A DNA stretch of 64,000 nucleotides from Myxococcota bacterium (GTDB lineage: Bacteria; Myxococcota_A; UBA796; CAJQPC01). The notes under the pieces are model-generated. The model saw nothing but the letters and a program-made list of their open reading frames with translations. It made no database searches and was not told the DNA's origin. Each line of letters opens with the position of its first letter. The stretch's first letter is position 1. The stretch lies in the NCBI GenBank assembly GCA_036012755.1, contig DASCPX010000198.1:1-64000 (forward strand), in the 5' to 3' direction. Both the position numbers and the translations under genes were made by a program. This document shows positions 1 through 8,669 of this stretch, piece by piece.

Positions 1-367
1 CGAAGCGGAACAGGAAGCGCTGGTCCAGGGCGCCGAAGAGCGCCAGCCCGTGCTCGGCGGACCATGTCCCGTCACCTTCGTCGCGCCACTGCACCTCGCC
101 GCGAGCAGCCGCTGGCCACATGCCGCTGATGGTGGCCTCGCCGAGAGGCTCGGCGCGGATCCAGACCTGGCCGCCCTAGCCCTCGAAGACCGGGTGCTCG
201 TAGTAGGTGCCAGGTCCCACGAGCAGCAGGCCCCCAGCGGAGAGCAGCTCGGCGCCGCGGGTGATGCTGGCCACAGCCAGATCCGGGGTGGAGCCGTCGT
301 TGTCGTCGTGACCGCTGGTGCCATCCACGTACCAGGTGGCTGCGAGAGCGGATCCTAGCAAGAACAT
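1..367 (-). pseudogene. Secreted DUF1565/right-handed beta-helix-like protein interrupted by an in-frame TAG at 176-178; runs off the window edge
   Basis: N-terminus MFLLGSALAATWYVDGTSGHDDNDGS..VGPGTYYE. After the TAG the same frame continues GGQVWIRAEPLGEATISG..., the expected next motif. Confidence 0.6.
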
Positions 368-374
368 CTATCCC

Positions 375-1775
375 TCAGTTCATGACGCAGTAGTGCGTAC
401 ACCACATGATCTCGAGACTGCGCTGCTCCAGCAAGCCCTCCTCGCCGGTGAACTCCAGGAGCATCGGGGCACTGAAGCACTCCTTGGCCGAGGCCGAGGA
501 GCTGTGTTCGTCGCAGCGGTGCTCGAGCCGGAACGACCAGGAGTGGGACTCCCCCGGCTCAACAGAGAGGTAGGCATCGCTGTCGCTGGCGTCCGCCTCG
601 AAGCAGTCCTCCTCTTCGGCGACGAGGGTGAGCCGGTCATCGCTGACCTCCGCGCTCATCGTCCAGGGCAACAGGCCGACGTTGGAGATGGCTCCCAGCG
701 CTTGGCAGGACGTGGCGCCCTCCGCGACGCTCCAGCTGTGGTCTCCGATCTCGCAGGGGTCCGCGCCGGCGGACTGGCATCCGCTGATGTGCGCGTAGGT
801 ACCGTCCCAGCCGGCCTCCGCGGGGTTCACCTCGTCGGCGTCACAGCTGCCGTCGAAGCCCTCGGCGTCGAACTGGTAGGACAGCGAGCCGGTCTGCCCC
901 TCCCAGGTGCCGGTGATGGCGACCGTGTGCTCCCCCGACCGGGCGGGGCTGCAGTACACGAGCGTGTAGTAGCTGCTGGCCTGGGCGACGACGGCATTGG
1001 CGATCTCGGAGAAGGCCTCGTTGATCTCCGCTGTGTCCTGGGCGAAGGCCTGGCCGTCCTTGCCGATGCTCGTGAGGAAGTCCTCGTCGATCTCGCCGCC
1101 GAGTCCGACCGAGAAGACGTTGTGCGAGGTCCCGTTCACGGCGGCGATGGCCTCTGAGTCGGTGGCGCGAGTGGCGCGATCGGTGCCATCGGTGAAGACG
1201 ACCAGGGAGCTCGCCGAGATCAACAACGCCGTGTCCGTGCGGTCGTCCAAGAGCTCGATCCCCGCCAGGATCGCCCCGTTGAGGTTCGTGCTCGAGTCGC
1301 AGTCGTCTGCCTCGCAGAAGCCGGAGAGCCCGTCGATGCCACCTTGGAGGACATCTGTGTCCGTCGTGAAGTCGACGACCTGGATGATCTCCTCGCGCCC
1401 GTCGAAGCCGTAGATGGCGGTGGGGATGTCCGCTCCCAGGCGGTCGACGTAGACCTCTGCAGCGTCCTGGAGTGCCGAGAGGTTGCCGGACTCGAGGATC
1501 GAACCCGACAGGTCGAGCAACAACAGCGAGCTCAGCTCGTAGGCCATCTCGGGGTTGAGGATGGTCTGCTGGCTCTCGTAGGTCGAGACCAGCTCGCCGT
1601 CTTCGTGGATCTCGAAGTCGCCAGAGGTCATGCCTGTCGCTGGCGTCCCGTCTTCGCAGGTGGCCGAGAAGTTGACGACGATCGCCCCGTCCGGCGTCGT
1701 TCCCGCCTCGATCAGGTCGAGGTCGAGGTCCCTGGGAGCGCAGCCTCCGAGCAACACGGTGAACACCAGACCCAT
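375..1775 (-). CDS. von Willebrand factor A domain lipoprotein with Cys-rich C-terminus
   Basis: ATG 1775 after GGAGG; lipobox LGGC; MIDAS motif LLLDLSGS and VVFTDG. Confidence 0.8.
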   Translation of the reverse strand: MGLVFTVLLGGCAPRDLDLDLIEAGTTPDGAIVVNFSATCEDGTPATGMTSGDFEIHEDGELVSTYESQQTILNPEMAYELSSLLLLDLSGSILESGNLSALQDAAEVYVDRLGADIPTAIYGFDGREEIIQVVDFTTDTDVLQGGIDGLSGFCEADDCDSSTNLNGAILAGIELLDDRTDTALLISASSLVVFTDGTDRATRATDSEAIAAVNGTSHNVFSVGLGGEIDEDFLTSIGKDGQAFAQDTAEINEAFSEIANAVVAQASSYYTLVYCSPARSGEHTVAITGTWEGQTGSLSYQFDAEGFDGSCDADEVNPAEAGWDGTYAHISGCQSAGADPCEIGDHSWSVAEGATSCQALGAISNVGLLPWTMSAEVSDDRLTLVAEEEDCFEADASDSDAYLSVEPGESHSWSFRLEHRCDEHSSSASAKECFSAPMLLEFTGEEGLLEQRSLEIMWCTHYCVMN

Positions 1776-1815
1776 CGCGACCTCCAACGGGATTGTGCAC
1801 GAAGTAGCATCGCCC

Positions 1816-2328
1816 ATGCCGGTGTTCCCACTCGCCCCCGAGCACGAGCCCGCGCTGGAGGACTTCCTCGCCGACTTCGACGCAGCGGGGGAGCGCGAGG
1901 TGCCCGCCTTCTTTCCAGATCGCGCCTGGCCCCACGCCGAAAAGGTCGAGAAGCTCGCTGCGTGGGCCCGCGGCGAGGGGATCGAGGAGGGCTGGGTGCC
2001 CTGCACGTCGCTGTTTGCCTTCGACGGCTCCGAGCTGGTGGGGGTGCTGAACGTCCGCCACCGTCTGACCGAGGCGCTCCGTCGCTTCGGCGGGCACATC
2101 GGCTACTCCGTGCGCCCCTCTGCGCGTCGACGGGGACACGGACACCGACTGCTCGCCGGCGGCGTCGACTTCGCCCGGAGCCTGGGGATCGAGCGCGTGC
2201 TCCTGACCTGCGAGCCGTCCAACACCGGCTCGGTGCGCATCATCGAGGCAGCAGGCGGGATCCTCGAGGGCACGGGCTTCCACGAGGGTGAAGGCAAGGA
2301 GGTGTCCGTCTACTGGATCGAGATCTGA
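1816..2328 (+). CDS. GNAT family acetyltransferase
   Basis: LNVRHRLTEALRRFGGHIGYSVRPSARRRGHG and NTGSVRIIEAAGG; TAGCAT box 5 nt before ATG 1816. Confidence 0.9.
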   Translation: MPVFPLAPEHEPALEDFLADFDAAGEREVPAFFPDRAWPHAEKVEKLAAWARGEGIEEGWVPCTSLFAFDGSELVGVLNVRHRLTEALRRFGGHIGYSVRPSARRRGHGHRLLAGGVDFARSLGIERVLLTCEPSNTGSVRIIEAAGGILEGTGFHEGEGKEVSVYWIEI

Positions 2329-2334
2329 GGGGTC

Positions 2335-3156
2335 TCAGTTCCGGATGATGAAAGCTGCGACCTCCATCGCCATGTTCAGCGCCCAGTGCAGCAGCACCGC
2401 TGGCCAGAAGCTACGGCCGCGCCAACAGAACAAGGCGAGCAGGGTGCCGCCGACGAAGCTCGCGGCCATCTCCGGTCGGGGTTTGCCTCGGTGGAGCAGC
2501 ATGAAGGGCATGGCCTGCACCAGCGCGCCGATGACCGGCCCGGTCTTGCGCGAGACGCCGAACATCATGAAGCCGCGAAAGAAGTGCTCCCAGCCGACCA
2601 TGTAGACGCCGAGCAGCGCCTGGTAGCGGACCAGCTCGCCGAAGTCGGTGCGGGCGGGCTTGTGGAGCGGGTAGTGCTCGGCCATGCCGGGGATCCACAA
2701 GGCGGCTCCTACGGACAGTGCCACAGCGGCGGCCAGCAAGAGCGCGGTCCACGGTGCCCACCAACGCCAGTCACCGAGACCCAGGCCCCAGTCGTCCGCG
2801 CGCACGCCGCCGAGGCGCAGGGCCAGAGCCAGCGCGACCGTGGCGATGGAGGCAGGCACGACCAGCCAGAGGGGCTCCTCCAAGAAGAGGTCCCCGTCCA
2901 CCGTCGTCCGCCAGATCACGGGGCTGAGGATCAGGGCCGCACCTACCAGCCATGCCACCCGCGCAGCAGTGGTCCGCTTTGCGTCCAGGAACCAGATCGC
3001 GACCATCGGCACCGGGAGGTAGACCGCGGCGACCCAGCCGTCCTCGAGCAACAGCGGCATGTGCCTTGGAGCCCAGCGCGTGTCCAGGAAGATGCACAGC
3101 GCGGCGACGGCGAAGACCACCAGCGAGAAGCGGTGCTTCTTGAGCAGCTCGATCAA
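2335..3156 (-). CDS. CPBP (CAAX protease/Abi) family intramembrane metalloprotease
   Basis: WEHFFRG, FMLLH and LLHWALN motifs; multiple TM segments; TTG start overlaps the upstream TGA. Confidence 0.85.
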   Translation of the reverse strand: MIELLKKHRFSLVVFAVAALCIFLDTRWAPRHMPLLLEDGWVAAVYLPVPMVAIWFLDAKRTTAARVAWLVGAALILSPVIWRTTVDGDLFLEEPLWLVVPASIATVALALALRLGGVRADDWGLGLGDWRWWAPWTALLLAAAVALSVGAALWIPGMAEHYPLHKPARTDFGELVRYQALLGVYMVGWEHFFRGFMMFGVSRKTGPVIGALVQAMPFMLLHRGKPRPEMAASFVGGTLLALFCWRGRSFWPAVLLHWALNMAMEVAAFIIRN

Positions 3157-4430
3157 GGCAGGCCGCGCCTGACGATCCTCAGCCTCGGCTCCCTGAGCCA
3201 GGCCACGGCGTAGAGGTACCAGCGGCTGGGCATGCCGCTCCACCGCATCCGTCGGAGGTAGCTGCGGGGTCGGTAGAACTCGCGGATCACGTGGTGGTAG
3301 CCCTCGAAGAGCTTCTCCGGCGACATGAGAGCGGGGCGGACCACCAGGTTCTCTCCGTCGTAGCGGGTCCAGTCCCGGTGGAGGATGCGGCCCTCTGCGT
3401 CGTAGCGCCGGAAGTCATCTGTGCCCGGGTAGGGGATGACCAGGTTGATGGCCGCGCTGTCCAGCCCGATGGCGTTGAGGCCGGCCAGGGTCTGGTCGAA
3501 GATGTCGGGGGTGTCGTGGTCCAGACCCAGGATCAGGCCGCCGCTCACGAAGATGTCGTGGGCGTGGAAGGCGTCCATGTAGCGCCGGTAGTCGCGGATG
3601 CGGTTCCAGCCCTTGTTGACCGACGAGAGGCTGTCGGAGTGAAAGGACTCGATGCCCACGAAGACGGCTCGGGTGCCGGCCAGCGCGGCGAGGCGAAGGA
3701 GCTCGTCGTCCGCGGCCATGAGCATGTGCGTCTGGAAGAAGAGCTGCTTCTTCAGGGGGATGAGGGCCTCGAGGAGCTCCTTGGCGTAGCCCGGCTTGCC
3801 GCAGAGGTTGTCGTCCATGAACATCAGCCGGCGGCTTCGTGCGCGGCGGGCGTCCTCGACGACCTCCTCCACTGGGCGAGTGCGGAAGCCTGCTCCGTGG
3901 ATCGTGCTGTTGAAGCAGAAGGAGCAGTCGTGGGTGCAGCCGCGGGTGGCCTCGATCGGGGCGAAGTCGATGTACCAGTGACGCCGCGACAGCAGGTCCA
4001 GTCGAGGCGGGCGCAGGCCAGCCAGCGACGGCGGTCCGGGGTTGGAGTAGCGCTCCTTCATCCGCCCCGCGGCGAAGTCGCCGAGCAGTTCGGCCCAGGC
4101 GCCGCCCTCTGCTTCTCCGGTGAGGAGGGCGTCGAAGTGCTCGAGGACCTCGTCCGGGATCGCGGTGGCGTGTGTGCCTCCGGCGATCACCGTGACCCCC
4201 CGATCCCGTAGGTCCCGCGCGAGGCGGTAGGCGTGCGGGGCGTTGTTGCAGTTGAAGGTCATGCCGACGAGGTCGGCCTCGATGCGGCTCGGGATCGGCT
4301 CGACGCGGCCGTCGGTGATGGCGACGTCGACGCCTGCTGGGGTGCAGCCCGCCACCCGCGGCAGGGTCAACGTGGGGATGTGTTGCTTGAAGCCGGGCCG
4401 AGGGGCGACGTCGAGCAGGTGGACACGCAT
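3153..4430 (-). CDS. B12-binding domain radical SAM protein
   Basis: N-terminal cobalamin-binding-like region (VIAGGTHAT); TRGCTHDCSFC; FMDDN; VGIES; IPYPGT. Confidence 0.9.
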   Translation of the reverse strand: MRVHLLDVAPRPGFKQHIPTLTLPRVAGCTPAGVDVAITDGRVEPIPSRIEADLVGMTFNCNNAPHAYRLARDLRDRGVTVIAGGTHATAIPDEVLEHFDALLTGEAEGGAWAELLGDFAAGRMKERYSNPGPPSLAGLRPPRLDLLSRRHWYIDFAPIEATRGCTHDCSFCFNSTIHGAGFRTRPVEEVVEDARRARSRRLMFMDDNLCGKPGYAKELLEALIPLKKQLFFQTHMLMAADDELLRLAALAGTRAVFVGIESFHSDSLSSVNKGWNRIRDYRRYMDAFHAHDIFVSGGLILGLDHDTPDIFDQTLAGLNAIGLDSAAINLVIPYPGTDDFRRYDAEGRILHRDWTRYDGENLVVRPALMSPEKLFEGYHHVIREFYRPRSYLRRMRWSGMPSRWYLYAVAWLREPRLRIVRRGLP

Positions 4431-4531
4431 CCTTCGGCCGTAGCGAGCGGGGCCGAGCCGCTCCATCGGTCAAATGACCGACCCGCGTTGAGGGGGGCTG
4501 TCGAGTAGGATCCCTCCTTCGGCGAGAAGGC

Positions 4532-5194
4532 ATGGACACAGCGGAGCTCCACCGCCGACAGCGGCAGGCCATCCTTGACGGCGACTCGAAGCTCGCCGTC
4601 GAGCTGGCTCATGAGGCTCTGCGGCGTGGCGTCGAGGTCGAGGGCTGCCTGGAGCGCGGCTTCGTCGCCGGGATCCGAGAGGTCGGGAGGCTGTGGGACG
4701 AGGGGGAGTACTTCCTGCCCGAGCTGGTTCAGGGCGCCGACGCGATGAAGGCTGCCCTCGAGGTCATGCGGCCCGAGCTCTCCAGGTCGGTGGACGGGGC
4801 ACGCCGGCAGGAGACCCGGATCGCGCTGGGCACGGTGGCGGGGGACATCCACGACATCGGCAAGACGTTGGTGGCGACGGTGCTGGCTGCCAACGGCTTC
4901 GAGGTCCTCGACCTCGGACGTGATGTCGCCGACGAGCGCTTCGTCGAGGCGGTCGAGCTCGAGGGGGTCCGCATCCTGGGTCTGTCCGCCCTCCTCACTA
5001 CGACGATGGTGGGACAGAAGCGGGTCATCGACCTGCTGGTCGAGCGCGGCCTGCGCCAGGAGGTGATGGTGGTCATCGGCGGCGCTCCCGTGACGCGGCG
5101 CTACGCGGAGCAGATCGGCGCCGATGGCTTCGCCTCGAACGCAGTAGAGGCGCTGACCGAGACACGCAGGCTCCTCGGCCAAGATGGGGGTTGA
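4532..5194 (+). CDS. Corrinoid protein (MttC-like; cap plus B12-binding domain)
   Basis: GDIHDIGKTLV (DxHxxG), GLSALLTTTM, IGGAPVT, YAEQIGADGF. Confidence 0.95.
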   Translation: MDTAELHRRQRQAILDGDSKLAVELAHEALRRGVEVEGCLERGFVAGIREVGRLWDEGEYFLPELVQGADAMKAALEVMRPELSRSVDGARRQETRIALGTVAGDIHDIGKTLVATVLAANGFEVLDLGRDVADERFVEAVELEGVRILGLSALLTTTMVGQKRVIDLLVERGLRQEVMVVIGGAPVTRRYAEQIGADGFASNAVEALTETRRLLGQDGG

Positions 5195-6056
5195 CCTCGC
5201 CGCGGTCCTCGCTGCTCCTCCGGTGTTGTTGGACGGGGGGATGGGCTCCGCGCTGATCGCCCGCGGACTGAGGCAGGGGCGGCCCCCGGAGCTCTGGAAC
5301 ATCGAGCGCCCCGAGCAGGTCGAGGAGGTCCACGCCGCCTACATCGCCGCGGGCAGCGACGTGGTCCAGACCAACACCTTCGGCGGAAACGAGATCGCCC
5401 TGGCCAACTGCGGCCTCGCCGAGCGGATGGAGGAGCTCAACCGAGCCGCGGTGCAGATCGCTCGCGCAGCTGCCGGAGACCGGATCGTGGCAGGCAACAT
5501 CGGACCCTCCGGCGAGCTCTTGCCGCCCGTGGGCACGGCCGACCCCGCGCTCTTGAAAGCTGCCTTCGCCCGGCAGGCGGCGGCGCTGGAGTCAGCGGGG
5601 GCGGACATGCTCGCCATCGAGACCATGACCGACCTGAGAGAGGCCCTCTGCGCTCTCGAGGGTGCCCTCGAGGCGACAGGGCTACCGGTCACGGTCTGCC
5701 TCAGCTTCGATCGGAAGAGGCGTGGCTTCTTCACGATGATGGGTGACAGGCTGGAGGAGGCAGCGGCAGTGCTCGCCGACGCCGGGGCCACCGCGGTCGG
5801 GGCCAACTGCTCGGTCGGGAGCGAGGTCCTGCTCGAGGCCACGGCCTTGCTGGTAGCGGCCTCATCGGTGCCCGTGATCATCAAGCCGAACGCCGGACTC
5901 CCCGAGGTCACCCCCGAGGGGCTCGTCTACCGCCAGGAGCCAGGTGCCTTCGCGCGGGACATGGCCGCTGCGGCTCGCCTCGGTGCCGCTGCGATCGGGG
6001 GTTGTTGCGGTACGGACGAGCGCTTCATCGCTGCGCTCGCCCGCGCCCTGCGCTGA
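5184..6056 (+). CDS. Homocysteine S-methyltransferase (stand-alone MetH Hcy-binding domain)
   Basis: LLDGGMGS, QTNTFG, IETM, GANC, KPNAGLP, IGGCCGT. Confidence 0.95.
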   Translation: MGVDLAAVLAAPPVLLDGGMGSALIARGLRQGRPPELWNIERPEQVEEVHAAYIAAGSDVVQTNTFGGNEIALANCGLAERMEELNRAAVQIARAAAGDRIVAGNIGPSGELLPPVGTADPALLKAAFARQAAALESAGADMLAIETMTDLREALCALEGALEATGLPVTVCLSFDRKRRGFFTMMGDRLEEAAAVLADAGATAVGANCSVGSEVLLEATALLVAASSVPVIIKPNAGLPEVTPEGLVYRQEPGAFARDMAAAARLGAAAIGGCCGTDERFIAALARALR

Positions 6057-6682
6057 TGCACCGCCGCGTCCTGGACATCCCGGTGGAGGCTCCCCGAGCG
6101 GTGGTGCTGCGGCTGCTCGGAGTCCGTGGTCGCCCCCCGCGCGAGTCCCTGTCGCGGATCATCGACGAGGAGCTCGCCTGTGCTGGTGAGCTGGTCGAGC
6201 CCCTGGTCGTCATTGGCACGCGCCAGGGTCTGCCGGGCTCGGCGACGATCGACCCACAGCTCCCGGTGGCGCTCGCGGTCTGCACCCTCGGGCCGGCTCT
6301 CGGGGCCCGCGTCGATGCCCACACACAAGGCGGGGAGTCAGCTCGGGCCATGGTCCTCGACGCCGTGGGCTCGGCCATGGTCGAGGACCTCGCGGACCGG
6401 GCCAACGGTCGGATCTGCCGGCTCGCCCTGGCGGCCGGGTCGAAGCCCGCCCTTCGACGCAGCCCCGGCTATGGGAGCTGGGCCATCGAGGAGCAGCGGC
6501 TGATCTTCGAGCTGCTCGAGCCTGCCGAGATCGGCGTCACCCTCAGCGAGAGCTGCCTGATGGACCCGGAGAAGTCGATCTCCTTCCTCGTTCCGCTCAC
6601 CGGCGGCGAGCCCGGCAAGCGCGCCAGGAGTCGCTGCGACCGCTGTGGCTTCGCCGGCTGCGGCCACCGGGAGTCATCGTGA
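6056..6682 (+). CDS. Methionine synthase reactivation (AdoMet-binding) domain protein
   Basis: VCTLG, VLDAVGS, RSPGYGSW, IGVTLSESCLMDPEKSIS, C-terminal CDRCxxxGC; TGATG coupling. Confidence 0.85.
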   Translation: MHRRVLDIPVEAPRAVVLRLLGVRGRPPRESLSRIIDEELACAGELVEPLVVIGTRQGLPGSATIDPQLPVALAVCTLGPALGARVDAHTQGGESARAMVLDAVGSAMVEDLADRANGRICRLALAAGSKPALRRSPGYGSWAIEEQRLIFELLEPAEIGVTLSESCLMDPEKSISFLVPLTGGEPGKRARSRCDRCGFAGCGHRESS

Positions 6683-8016
6683 TCCCACTCGGCGACGAGG
6701 TCCTGCTGCAGGTCCTCGAAGAGGCCAGGGTCGTGCTCGATACCGTCGGCGTCGTGGTCGAGCACCAAGAGGCCTCCGGGCTCCTGCTCGCGGCGGGGGC
6801 GAGGCCTTCCGAGGGCAGGCTCCTGATCGATCCGAGCATGGTCGAGGGTGCCCTGCAGACCGCGCCGAGCGAGTTCCACGTCTACGACCGAGAAGGCGAG
6901 GGGGCCCTGGTCGTCGGAGGGGGAGCGCGGCTCTTCGTGCCGGGCTCGGCCGCCGTGCGGGTGTGGGACTTCGAGGCTCACCAGCCGCGGTCCTCGACCT
7001 TGGAGGACTGCGCCCGCTTCGCCCGGCTTACGGATGCCTTGTCCGACTTCGGCCTGCAGTCGACCTGCGTCGTGCCCTGCGATCTGCCCGAGGAGGAGGC
7101 CGACCGGCGTCGCCTCGAGCAGGCCTTGGAGCACTGCAAGAAGCCAATCGTCACGGGCACCCTGCACGAGGGCTCCTTTGGCGCCATGCATGCCCTGCTC
7201 GCTTCGGTTCGGGGCGGCGCGGAGGCGCTGCGACGGCGCCCGCTGGCCATCTTCGACTGTTGCCCGAGCGCACCGCTGTCCTGGAGCGAGCTCACCTGCG
7301 GGGCCCTGATCGACTGCGCTCGGGCTGGGATTCCGGCCGAGATCATCTCGGTCCCCATGACCGGCGCCACCGCTCCGGTCACGCTGCTTGGCGCGCTCAC
7401 CCAGCACACGGCGGAGAACCTCTCCGGCCTCGTGATCCACCAGCTGGCGGCCCCTGGCGCCCCGGTTGTTCATGGCTCCTGCGCCTCTGCCTTCGACATG
7501 CGCAACGGCACGACCCCGCTGGGCGCGGTGACCACGATGCTGCTGAACATGGCGACCGCTCAGGTAGGGCGTCACCTGGGCCTGCCCACCCATGCCTACA
7601 TGGGGCTCTCGGACTCCAAGCTGCCTGACTACCAGGCTGGCCTCGAGAGCGGCTGCGGTGCCCTGCTCGCGGCGCTCGCGGACCACGACGTCGTCGCCGG
7701 GGCGGGAATGCTCGACTTCGTGGGCTGCCAGAGCCTCGAGAAGCTCGTGCTGGATCACGAGGCCGTTTCCATGGCGCTGCGCGCGGCGAAGGGGCTGGAG
7801 CGGCGAGAGGAGACCCTCGGCCTCGACGTGATCCGTGACGGGGTGGCCGAGGGGCAGTTCCTGAAGCTCGATCACACCCGGCGCTGGTTTCGCGAGGAGC
7901 TGGACTTCCCTGGACGCACCATCGACAGGAGGGATGGCGTGACCTGGCTCGCAGATGGCGGTCGGAGCGCGGCCGAGCGGGCTCACGAGGAGGTCCGGCG
8001 GCTGCTCGGGGCCTAG
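6679..8016 (+). CDS. mttB: Trimethylamine methyltransferase family protein, non-pyrrolysine
   Basis: GATAPVTLLG, HTAENLSG, FDMRNG, MGLSDSKLPDYQAGLES (Leu at the Pyl position), GAGMLDF. Confidence 0.9.
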   Translation: MIPLGDEVLLQVLEEARVVLDTVGVVVEHQEASGLLLAAGARPSEGRLLIDPSMVEGALQTAPSEFHVYDREGEGALVVGGGARLFVPGSAAVRVWDFEAHQPRSSTLEDCARFARLTDALSDFGLQSTCVVPCDLPEEEADRRRLEQALEHCKKPIVTGTLHEGSFGAMHALLASVRGGAEALRRRPLAIFDCCPSAPLSWSELTCGALIDCARAGIPAEIISVPMTGATAPVTLLGALTQHTAENLSGLVIHQLAAPGAPVVHGSCASAFDMRNGTTPLGAVTTMLLNMATAQVGRHLGLPTHAYMGLSDSKLPDYQAGLESGCGALLAALADHDVVAGAGMLDFVGCQSLEKLVLDHEAVSMALRAAKGLERREETLGLDVIRDGVAEGQFLKLDHTRRWFREELDFPGRTIDRRDGVTWLADGGRSAAERAHEEVRRLLGA

Positions 8017-8054
8017 GGGGCCACCGGTCGTCGCGCAGGCGCTACACTGGGCCC

Positions 8055-8600
8055 GTGCACTACTTCCTCTGCTTCCTTGGTGTCTTGATGCTCGCCTGCG
8101 GCGGTGGCACAGAGGAGCCCGAGCCCATCGTCGAGGGTGACACGGACATCGACGCAGACTCGGACGCAGACTCCGACTCCGACGGGGACACCGACAGCAG
8201 CGGCTACCTGGAGCCCGGGGAGCCCGACTTCACGGCGGTCTTCGATGGGGACGACTGGGTCGCAGAGGATGGCCACTGGCTGGCCGGCGGGACCTCCTAC
8301 CTCGTCGGCACGAGGGGAGACGCCGAGGTGGTGGTGGTCGTCGACGGCAACGTGAGCGAAGCCGGCGAGTACGACGTCACGGAGGCCTCCTACTTCGAGA
8401 CCATCCACAACGGCTACGCCTTCTACTACAAGACCACCGGCGGCTCGGCGACCTTCACGGTCGACGGCTACGACATGGGTCGGGACTACATCTGGGGTGA
8501 CTTCGACGGCGATCTCACCCTCACCGACACAGAGGGGGCTGGCTCGATCGCGCTCGAGGAGCTCAGCTTGGTGAGCTGGCTGCGCTACGGCGCGAGGTAG
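8055..8600 (+). CDS. Hypothetical lipoprotein with Asp-X linker
   Basis: Lipobox MLAC; DTDIDADSDADSDSDGDTD linker; TACACT 6 nt before GTG. Confidence 0.8.
   Translation: MHYFLCFLGVLMLACGGGTEEPEPIVEGDTDIDADSDADSDSDGDTDSSGYLEPGEPDFTAVFDGDDWVAEDGHWLAGGTSYLVGTRGDAEVVVVVDGNVSEAGEYDVTEASYFETIHNGYAFYYKTTGGSATFTVDGYDMGRDYIWGDFDGDLTLTDTEGAGSIALEELSLVSWLRYGAR
8139..8195 (+). repeat. Coding (GAC-NNN)n repeat giving alternating Asp-X
   Basis: 10 Asp codons at alternate positions. Confidence 0.8.
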
Positions 8601-8669
8601 CTGCGATCGAGGGGTCGAATCACGAGCCCAGGCTGCCACGGTCCGACCCGGGTGAGTTAGGTCAGCGCC

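Noticed and set aside
6679..8016. Pyrrolysine-containing MttB
   Set aside because: There is no internal TAG and Leu occupies the Pyl position. The sequence after the terminal TAG shows no MttB-like continuation.
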